Part shown: in pieces, positions 35,114 through 44,919 of the stretch
Position numbering within the stretch: the stretch's first letter is position 1
How the letters are laid out: every line of letters starts with the position of its first letter
Notes under the pieces: model-generated
Seen by the model: only the letters and a program-made list of their open reading frames with translations
Told to the model about the DNA's origin: nothing
Databases searched by the model: none
Source: Toensbergia leucococca
Lineage: Eukaryota
DNA: 64,000 nucleotides
Reading direction: 5' to 3'
NCBI GenBank assembly: GCA_022813965.1
Contig: JALDZS010000030.1
Location: 1-64,000 of the forward strand
Translations under genes and position numbers: made by a program

Positions 35114-37127
35114 GACTCAGGAGGATGGAGTGGTGCATCGCATAAAATATCCGTACTCATCGTGATTTGTTCTATGCGCCGGGGGTGCGAGCTTGCATAA
35201 ACCTGTCACACGGTTGCTAAACATAGACTTTTTGCCATGTTCGAGAAGGTCGAGTCATAGCAGCAAGAGAACTTGCACTGATCGAGCCTAAGCATGTTGC
35301 CGCATCGTATTTTTGCCTCAGGCTGACCAATGCCCAGTTCGTCACCTTGCATCCACTCCACCAGACAAGCCATTTTCGTCTTCCAGATGAGGCCGCCGGA
35401 GCAGGGATCTCATCCTCAGCCAACCCTGTCTCTTTCTGGGGTCGACGACGAGGATTCCGCACGCTAGAAGACGTCCAATCGGTGTCTGCTTGATCGCGAT
35501 GCCCTTGGTAAACTAATGCAGGAACGGCGCAGGTACCGCACCATCTTTTCTCACGCGACGACGCACAGTCGACAGTTAGGTAATCGGACACATTGGCGAT
35601 AAGACAAAACGGTGGTCAAAGACACCTTTCCCCCACCGACCTCGAATCGTGCATAGAAGCGCCGTTAGCGATGGAAGTAGTCCTGTAGAACTACAATTAA
35701 AGTGGTCAAAGTCCCCCTCTTTTGTAAAATCACATTCGATGGTCAATTATCCGCGCTTGTGCTTCACCAGATCTAGTAACACACTGTCAGCAAAAATTCT
35801 AAGCTTTGATGGGGCCATGAGACTATGGCGCTGACCGCTGACATGGTACTTTGCGTAGAATAGTCTCACGAAGAACGGATTCCAACCGTGGAACTCCAAG
35901 TCGACAGGCTCGACTGGCTCCGCCGAAGTCCTTCCACCTGGTGCCACGATAGCTGCCGGATCTCGGAGGCCACGGGCCACGGCCGCTGATTACACGGGCG
36001 AGTAGTCATACCAATCTACAATGATCATGATGCTCTGACCCAAGATTTGCATCGTGCTGTTAGGAAACAATCACCGAAGCCTTCCACCGAACATCAGGTG
36101 CAAGTCCAATGACACGGCCGACACCCATCTTCAGTTCCCAGTCTTTAGGTCATCTACACATCGAGAAGCTTGTACCGAACCCTCCATGCCGTCATCCGGA
36201 AATGTCCCAACCACCAGAGGTCTGGCTCCAAATTGACCGGAAAATCCCCGGCCTGATCATCGGCCTTAATATTCCCTCATTCTAGAAAAAAACAACAAAT
36301 CCCACACCGCCACGATCAGCAGAGATGTTCAAATCTCAAACACTACCCTTATCTTGACCTCGGTTAAGTCTGTACTCTGAAACGCCATGCTTGATTCCCC
36401 GCTTTTCCACAAGAGAAACGTAACATCCACAACCGAATTCCCGAATACTCAAAACTTTCATCTCCTTGCTCAATAGGACGTGTAGATCGTCACCCACATG
36501 CTCAAAAGTTCTCGCACTTAAAAAATGGCATCACACGTCCCACATTTAGGATCCACCATCCCAACTCCTCAGAAAGTCAGGATAATCCCTTTTCTAAAAA
36601 ATTCCGAAAAGTATCCCCAGCCTAGAAAGGGACGGATCGCCCAACCCTAAAACGAAATCGATAAGCCAAAAAACCCACCAACCAACCCAAGTGCCCACCC
36701 AAAAAAAAAGGCGGAGAATCAAATAAACTTTTAAACTTTTCTGCTTTTTTTCAATAACGGCAAGGGGGTTGGTGAAACGCGCTAGAAGATCTTGAGGTTA
36801 GATCTCTTCTGGGGTGGATCGAGTGGCTTTTTTGGGGCTTTTTTTTTCAAAAGGACTGTTGCTAGGGAGAAACGATTGGCGAATTGAGGATTGGTGGGAG
36901 GAAGGGGGCGTGTGGTGAGAGATGATGGGGAGAGGGTTGGCGAGTACGTTTGGGTGGCGGAGTGGTCTGTGGCATTCGTGATGATTTTAGCACGGATTTT
37001 TGAGGGCCTCAGACCTTTGAGCTCGCGTGGTAGAATAGGTAGCTTACGCAGCCCCTTTGAAGAACATGGCCGAGTCTGGGTCTTTGAACATTCTAGAATA
37101 CAGCACGTCCCATTATCCGCTGCGGGG

Positions 37128-37915
37128 TACGAGGCCTTGAATCACTAGATCGGATCAACCTATGCCTTAAGAACTGAAATCTGATCTATGGAAACTGTGA
37201 TAGGAATCTTCATTTGGCTTCTTTATGCACAGGAGTTTCACCATTGCTGAAGGAAGATAGATGAAGATGTGATTCTCTCTTGTCATGTTGAGATGCATTT
37301 TACCATCTCATTCACTCAATAGGCGTCCTGCATTGATCACACGCTATGAACATCACTATCATTTCTCCTGCTAGCTATGTGATTCATAAGACTTTGATTC
37401 ACAACCTCTCAGCTACTTGTCACATCACCGATCAAACTCATCAAAAAAGCTCAATTCTATCAAATTCTTTCTAGTCACTGACAACACCTTCCCCTTCATA
37501 CAAAAACAAGCGCAGTCTACAAACTCACTCACACAACCCTTCTTCTTTAAAAACTTAAATAAAGAATAATACAGATGTGAAGAACCTCAAACTCACCCTT
37601 TAAAAAAAGAAAATCCAAATTCTCAAGCTTTTTTGCAAAATAATTTGGGAGAGAGAGAGGTTATTTTAAACCCACGAGTTACATTTCTGTTGCTGAAATT
37701 TTCATGAATGGTTTGTGTGGTGCTGTTTTTGCGGTTTTTGCTAATATGCTGTATCAAGCAAATTGACTCAGTGAACAGACAGAATGAAAAAGTGTGAGGG
37801 AAGGCAACTGATTGACACTTGATAGAGCATAAGCTATGAGAAAACACACCCAATAGGAATGTGAATGTGATTGATTGCTATATGACCTTGTGTCATTAAT
37901 CATTTGGGGCACGTA
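37128..37915. mobile_element. Degenerate AT-rich repeat or transposon relic
   Basis: Lower GC and visibly CpG-poor, TpG/CpA-rich, with no credible ORF. Bounded by TACGAGG... and ...GCACGTA, which are only loosely complementary. Confidence 0.35.
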
Positions 37916-38487
37916 CTAGCCAGCTAAGAGAGAATCAGCCCAAGGAATGCGCAGAGTTCACACGCAATTGCCACAGAGCAGTTCCCGTACATCACATGAG
38001 AGAAACGCCCAAATTCTGCAAAGCCCGTGCCTCCAGCATTGGCGCCTCTGATGGATTTCACAATCTTGTCGCTTTACGCCCTCGGCCTTCTATTACAGGA
38101 GAACTTTGCGTCCACCCTTTTTGAGCTCGTTCCTGCTCGTCTGGGCGGACCATCGTGTTCTGTTCTAGGAAGCTTTGGCGAGCCCCTGTCGGGCTGTACA
38201 TTGCTGCATGTCTGGCTGTTTGTGGAATGGATGAGCTTCGATGGGTGTTGGGCTTGCGGAATTTATTGGGGGAAGGGAGAGGGTTGGTGTGTGATGATTA
38301 CCGTCATTACTGTCAGCGGTAAGGTGGCTGTTGTCTTTCAATGTGCTCCTCACAACAGCTCTTGCTTTGGGTGTTTCCCATAAAATAGCCTTGCTCTTTG
38401 ATATCGCCGATATGTGCTTCGTCGTTATATATCCTCCCCGGTCAACTCTGCTCGCAATATGTTGATGCTAAGGCCCGCCAGGCCACT

Positions 38488-39258
38488 CTAAACTTCGTGG
38501 ACAGCAGGGGAGGTATCTTGCAGGCTCGCCATGCTGGTTGATCTTGGGCTGGTCATGATGGCTTTAAGCTCTTCTAGATAATCTCCATTTTCACAAGCAC
38601 GGAGCGTCACGTTTCGCACACCCCTTAGTAATTTGAGAGGATCTAAGATTCGTTGGTAATCTACCTGGGGAGCGCGATGATGGCACTTGGCGACGAGAAC
38701 GCTAACCTCCCTTAAAGGCGGATTGGGCGCTAGGATCTCGATAAGGTCTTGAAGCCTCTCTGTGATCAGATTGACGCCGTAGGGCGGATCGGATGACTCT
38801 CTCATCCAAAATATATAGATGTTGAGATCCAATTTGCAGATCAAACGATTATATCGGGATGGTAGACACGTTCTGATATCAGCGTGCCTGCGTATTCTGA
38901 GACTGCGGATCACATCGGGATCTTCAATGTAATCCTGATGTGTCGGCGACTCGAAGTACTTGGCGCCGATGCCGAAGTGGAAAATATTGTGTCCATATAG
39001 TATTGGGGCAGCTTCATCATGGATTTGGTGGTTGGTGGCTAGGATGGCAGGTGAGAGGCCCACAAGCCGGTACCCCCACAAATTCTGTGGTACTTTGCCT
39101 GTGTTTTCGATTTCGATATCGACAAGGAGCCTGAGCTTGTAATCATCTCGAGGAATTCTGCGGAAAACCATGCCCCGTCTAACTAGGACGTAAGTGTAAA
39201 TCATGTCCCGAATCTCGCGCGAGAGCTTGAGGAAATTGCATGGACGAAGTGAAGTCAT
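38488..39258 (-). CDS. Hypothetical protein with an F-box-like N-terminal motif
   Basis: ATG 39258; FLKLSREIRDMIYTYVL, AILATNHQIHDEAAPILYGHNIFHF and LDPLKLLRGVRNVTL, the pattern of an expanded family of F-box-like ascomycete proteins. Confidence 0.75.
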   Translation of the reverse strand: MTSLRPCNFLKLSREIRDMIYTYVLVRRGMVFRRIPRDDYKLRLLVDIEIENTGKVPQNLWGYRLVGLSPAILATNHQIHDEAAPILYGHNIFHFGIGAKYFESPTHQDYIEDPDVIRSLRIRRHADIRTCLPSRYNRLICKLDLNIYIFWMRESSDPPYGVNLITERLQDLIEILAPNPPLREVSVLVAKCHHRAPQVDYQRILDPLKLLRGVRNVTLRACENGDYLEELKAIMTSPRSTSMASLQDTSPAVHEV

Positions 39259-39824
39259 CTCGTACGGGTTGTAGATATCCAGATATCTCGAGTCGTTTTG
39301 CCTTGAAAGTCTGAGCGTCAAAGAGAATGATGTAGCCAGATCATTCAAGTATGATTTACCTAGTAAGGTTGAAGCAGTGTGTTGTATCACCTTGGGCACT
39401 TACTGATGGTGAGTGTCTTGAACGGTGGACGAGGTTGAAATGTTTTATAGAGTCATTATTTTTTTTGAGTTTCGAGTGAAAAAGGCAAATAATGACGAAC
39501 TAGTCCACATTGGAAATAAAATAAAGTAGAAGAGTGGCACTGGTATGCTGTAGCTAAATATCTAGAAAGAACAACTTACACAGCCAGTGGAAACGCCGTG
39601 AAAGTCAAAAGCCGAGTCTTATTTTCTGACCTAAGATGGACGCCCATTGCATAGGTATGTAGGAAATGCTAAAGCAGTCTTCAATTCCCGTGACAGCCTT
39701 TTAACGTTCAGATATTGGGTTTGCGGCCCCTCTGAATACAAAACTGATGCATCTGAGTAACGATAAAGGATTAGTTCCAGTATCAGATTGTGCAGAGCTG
39801 ATGTGGACATACCCTAGCAATGCA

Positions 39825-40346
39825 TCATGCTCGGTGGTGGGTCTGAAAACCGAGTCGGACTATATTCAGCTGTGCTCGATGATCAGGAACCCATAAAGGT
39901 GCAGCCGCTTCTATATCTTCAATGGCTTGGTTCAAAGCTAGCTCTAGCGGTGGTATTTCTTCGGTAATCATACCCCAAACTTTCCCCCATGATGGAGACC
40001 GGCCAAAACGGTGAAGGAGGCCATTGCGCACGTCAATGAGGTAATCAAGATCCTTGAAGACTTGGTGGAACCTGAGGCAGACTGGATCATCACAACGGAC
40101 GTCCATAAGATTTTCAGTAACAGTAATGATTTTCATGACAATTGAACATCGTCTCAACCCATCTGAAGTGCCATGTTGTGCGTAAAGAAATCTCTGTACA
40201 TCAATTAGCGCTTGGTCCCTAAGAAGTCAGATAGGTATAATCACCATTCTGTCTGACCCTAGGCCAGTGACATCATGTGCTATCTGATTCACCGCTACCA
40301 AGGCCGCTCTCAGAGAAGCTAGATTTCTCTGTGTCCTGGCGTCCAT
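39825..40346 (-). CDS. HEPN-1: HepT/DUF86-like HEPN ribonuclease, 156 aa
   Basis: Exons 40245-40346 and 39825-40193; intron 40194-40244 (GTGATT..GCTAAT..CAG). Protein: MDARTQRNLASLRAALVAVNQIAHDVTGLGSDRM|RFL...DGLRRCSIVMKIITVTENL...LIDVRNGLLHRFGRSPSWGKVWGMITEEIPPLELALNQAI. It has an RX4H motif (40005-40028) and a DUF86-like 'VW..I..E.P.L' helix. Confidence 0.8.
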
Positions 40347-40731
40347 GTTAATGCAAGGCGTTGATGAGCTTGAATGGTGGAAGAGATGAGTATTGGATGA
40401 GTGGTGAGACTTTCAGTCAAAATTTCAAGGTGGGCGTGTTGAAATGGGGTGTATCAATTGACGTAACAGAAAGGTTTTGACAGATAAGAGATGGCTTGAA
40501 AGTGATGGATGGTTGAAGCTCTTCCTAAATATATGATTTGGAGTCATACTTTGAGTAAGTTAGCATTCCATGTGATGTACTCCGTAGCTGAGACCAAGAA
40601 AGTCAAGGACTGTCTGCTAGACCAGTGAAGATTTGTCTGTAGAAGATTAAAGCATTCTGAACTCTATTCTTGAAATAAGCTAAACTTGATACTGTTCCTC
40701 AATGAAGTCTGCTGAACCATGGTGATGACCT

Positions 40732-41913
40732 TCACAGCAGCTCTTGCACATTTTCGACAGCTGGTTCCATACCATCAACAACCCCACTCTTCATATCACT
40801 CTTTTTGTCTTCTAGAGACACATTTGTCATAGCCTCAGACTGCTCCTTACATGCCAGTCGCTGGACTAGCTCGCTCTGCTCTAATGCCCCCTTCAAAGTT
40901 GGAAGGCACCAACTCCGAATGCTCCGAGATAGATCATGCATTCCTCCCGGCTTGACTGTGGTTGCTGCTTCCCGGATCATCTCCCAGTACTTCCGCGTAA
41001 ATCTGCTGGTAGTCCCATCTTTGTTGTGGTCCGGAATCTTGATCTTTCGAAGAAGTTTCTCGGCATCTTCAACGACCCAAGTCCAGAAACCTTCGTGCAT
41101 TGGATGCCATTGAGGCTGAACGTCGATGGCTTCTAGGATATGAAGTAGATTGTCTCGTACCGATTGTTGGAGCGACGGCGATGCTAAGAATTCCTAGCAG
41201 ACGCACAGAGTCAGTGAGATAAGTTGTGAGAGAATACATGTAGGAAAGTAACGTACCTCCTCGGATAAATCTGATACCTCGTCCTTCGTCTTCTTGATCA
41301 TGTCTACAGACTGTGTAAACTTGGTAAACCCGTTCTCGAGAATTTCCCTTGCATTTCTCTTTAGTTGTAGTACCCCATCATCCTGGTCAGACCCATAGAT
41401 AGTACGAGCACAAAGGAGAGCCTCAACGGAAACGTATCCTCGAAGCTCGTTGTCTTCGATTGTGACAATGCTGACCTTCCTTCCCCATACCATCGGGAGT
41501 TCATCGTGAATGTAGATGTGACACTGGCGATCAATCTTTTTGTCAGGGTCGTGGATTACAATCACATCTACATCACTCCTGTTTGTGTGGGAATCTCTAG
41601 CGAAAGATCCAAAGACTCCTGCCCATATGATATGGCTGAGGCCTTGGTGAGCGAAGATTGGATTAGAGGTGATTCGCAAAGTTTGAATGTCGTCTGCGAT
41701 CACCCGGCGAGCTTGCAACTCCGAGTTCGCTTGCCGTAGTTTCTCCACCTCCAGCTGCGCCGCGATGAGTTCTGTTTGAGTAGCCAACAACTTGGCGTGA
41801 AGGGCTTCGAGTTTGTCGGATTCAACAGAGTTTTCGCAGAAAAGCTTGTCGAAAAGGTCATCTTCGCTCTTTACGCCCTCAGGATGATGTTCAGTGGTAG
41901 GAGTGGTAGCCAT
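40732..41913 (-). CDS. Minimal nucleotidyltransferase (MntA-like) fused to a degenerate HEPN/DUF86-like domain, 372 aa
   Basis: Exons 41257-41913 and 40732-41193; intron 41194-41256 (GTACGT..CTGAC..TAG). N-terminal coiled-coil-like segment, then AGVFGSFARDSHTNRSDVDVIV = GSX10DXD (41566-41610), then WGRKV. The C-terminal VSDLSEE|EFLASPSLQQSVRDNLLHILEAI resembles the DUF86 N-terminal helices. Confidence 0.85.
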
Positions 41914-42194
41914 TGGAAGAAGCAGAAATGGAGCAAATACTTCATGTGGGTCAAGAGATTTGAGTAAGAAACAGGACCTATATGCCCAACAGTGCCAAAG
42001 GGAATGCTACTTGTGTTAATTGCAAGATGAATGATGTTTGGATGGAATATGACAGATGGATGGGTGAATGAATTGGCACTGAGCGTTCACTGCTCAACTG
42101 CTCTGAAGAAAACATTTCACTCGTTTACGGTTATCATTTCAATTTCTCTTCTTCTTGACACATTCCTTAAATTAACCTCACTTACATCCAGACT

Positions 42195-42719
42195 ATGGAA
42201 GGCCCAATGGATGACCGCAGGGGTCTTCTAATTTTTAGGACAGCACAGGCACACCTAATCGACATGAAGCAGGGCCTCGATGATCTGCAGTGGGACCGAG
42301 AGGTTGTCCATATTTGTTCAGCTTCTCAAGAATTCTAATGCTAAGTGATGTATAGTTATTTCTGAATGTACAGCCAGGAACTCGGGCCTGGCTTTCACGT
42401 GCTGGCATCCTAACAGCATACACTAGCATGGTTGAGAATCTCAGCATTGTCAAAGACAACGACCCGTGGCGCCTTAATTTCCCAGCAGTCTACCAAGACA
42501 TCCACGAGCTCAAAAGTTTCCGAGATAAGGCAGTTCACTGTTACGGTCACAGATTTATATTAATCAACTGGCTAGTAGCTTGGGAAAATATTCAGGCCAA
42601 CGTTCCAGCACTGGAGATAGCATTGGACGAGGCAATCGCAGTATTAGCGAATGATAGGTGAGTTACTGATTATCGAATATAGCTGAACATAGTCTGACTA
42701 AGGATTCAGGCCTGCCTAG
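42195..42719 (+). CDS. HEPN-2: HepT/DUF86-like HEPN ribonuclease, ~139 aa
   Basis: Exons 42195-42302, 42356-42657 and 42710-42719; introns 42303-42355 and 42658-42709. If intron 2 is retained the stop is at 42661. Protein: MEGPMDDRRGLLIFRTAQAHLIDMKQGLDDLQWDRE|LFL...SMVENL...LKSFRDKAVHCYGHRFILINWLVAWENIQANVPALEIALDEAI. RX4HXY motif at 42521-42544. Confidence 0.8.
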
Positions 42720-44919
42720 CATTATCACTACGAAGACCTTATCCGTAACACTAACCAGAGGGATACATCAATGGACAAAGTTGGCAGTCGCGGTTGATGC
42801 GCGCTAGAGTATGTCTGCATCAGCTCTGCCTTTTGAAGCTGGAACTAGTCATTAATCTTTAGTGTCAGAAAAGAAACTGATGACTTTCTTCTGATACCTT
42901 AGCGGAGTTAGCAGAGACCTTTTACCGTAATCAACCAGCAAATACTCTGTGATGAGGTTCAGAACGTTACTGTCAAGTCTGTAGTAATAGACAGTAATTT
43001 AGTGATAATGTAAAAAATCATGAGAAGGTTCTAATATCAAAGAAAGGCTGTTGTCCCTGTGAAGTACGTGCTCAAACTCGGCATAACAATAACATAACAG
43101 TCATTGGGTAGGTATCGCAAAGTCGAAGAAGATCTACTTGGTGGAACCATGATGCCTCCACAGCGACAGGGCCCAGCCGACGCCAAAAGGGAGTGAGGCT
43201 CGCAATGTTGCGATAAGTACCAGTGAAAAGAATGATAACATTGCAGAAAATCTACTTGACGGAGCCATTGAAAGACCATAGTGATAGCGACTCGAAGATT
43301 CGAAAACACCTACTAAGTAGTAGACAAGATGAAAGATCTAGAACAAAAGGCGATGAATGAGACACCTAGTAAGATGGGCTGGGAGAATAAGAAAGAAAGA
43401 CTGATGAGTCAAAAGGACAAGGAAAAGACATGCCTCTTTGCTGACTAAGTGAATCAGAACTGATGATTATACTAGTAACTCAGGGCTGAAGGTGAATCAC
43501 ACACAACTAAACCTTAGGACTACGAGTAGAAGAAGATATGAAAGAAGAAGAAGAAGATGATGGTGGTGATGACAAGACAAGTGACTGAAGCCTAGAGGAA
43601 GATCTGGAGTATGATCGACCACCTGAACCGGATGAAGGTCAAAACAGAAAGAAAATAGAGATAAAGAATGAATTCTGACCTGAATGGAGCCTATGTCTCC
43701 TGGGCCTAGGAACACACATACTGACATCCTATTCACGATTATTGAGCATGGCTAGGGTCATGAGGGATAACAAATGAAACGTTGGGTTGATTATGGGTAG
43801 GACTATGAAAATGGATGATGGAAGTACCAAATTGCGTGCGGAATGAAGACACTGATGGTTTGAATGCTTGAGGGCTGTGGGGACCAAAGCTGAAATTATA
43901 GATCGTCGCCTTTTCTGGTCAAAAAGTATCAGCGAATCGGTCCATATCAGATCGAAACAGTTGCTTAAATTATAATGAAATCAAGTCCTCAATAAGAACC
44001 TGCGTGTTATAACCAAATACCTTGCCTTATTACATTGTTCCTAAAAAGACGCCGTCAGAATCCTCACAGGACTTAAGCAGAGTGTCATGACAGTAGTTCA
44101 TTCAATCACCTTGTCCGCATTCAAAAACATAGTGCTCGTCAACGCAAACGTCGCACAGAGATAGATCCCAACAGCCAACGACTCCACAAACGCTTCGTAC
44201 CATCGCCAACTGCAGAAACCAGAACTTGAAGGCATGACAATGCGGACTGTGAGGCATTCTCGAATCTGGGATTGATCCCTGGGCTAATAGTGCGTTTGAA
44301 GGCCTCAGCAGGCAGGACAAGAAAGGATAAAACTCCAGGAATGAGCCGAGAAAGGAAAGGGGACAAGCTAAGAACGGCCTTCATGGGCTGCGTATAACAG
44401 AAAGTATTCGAGCAGAGCAAATAAAAAGTAAAATCCTGAACTTGGGGAATTTCAACATGGGACGGAGGCAAATACGCCAGCAGCATCAATAATAATATCA
44501 GAACAGCTGGATGTTGGTACATATTCCATCGGCTCACTGCTTAAAGGTGGGTGGAGAAGTATTTTCATGCATACATCAGATTAAACATCCGTCTTTTTCT
44601 TTTCCCACCGGGTAGAGTACCATTGTTTCGGGCGTATCTAAAACCAGAGTCGCGCGCTTGCAGGCTCCGGCTGTGATGGCGTCGATTGGCTTGAATTTTC
44701 CTAGTGTGGATGGGGGATTGAAGTATCCTCCTGATCGATACTCGATAGATTGGTCGCTCTATACGACCAAGGTCCCACTTGGAGTCTAAGAGGCGGCTGC
44801 TTGAGAATGGTTCAAGGAAAAGACGGCTGATTTCACGACAGCTGGAAATGCGCTTCAAAACCATTGGTCAAGATTGGTAACATGCTGCTAGCTCAGCTTG
44901 GTAACCCAGGGAGCGGAAC

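Noticed and set aside
36641..36650. CAACCCTAA as a possible telomerase RNA template
   Set aside because: Imperfect single match with no recognisable pseudoknot or CR4/5; expected by chance in a C/A-rich tract.
39825..42719. Bacterial contamination as the source of the MNT-HEPN genes
   Set aside because: All three genes need spliceosomal introns with fungal branch sites, lack operon structure and are contiguous with fungal genes.
43000..44560. Short ORFs and a GA-rich tract right of the HEPN cassette
   Set aside because: Multiple stops and no motif; it may be a decayed gene, but no call is supportable.
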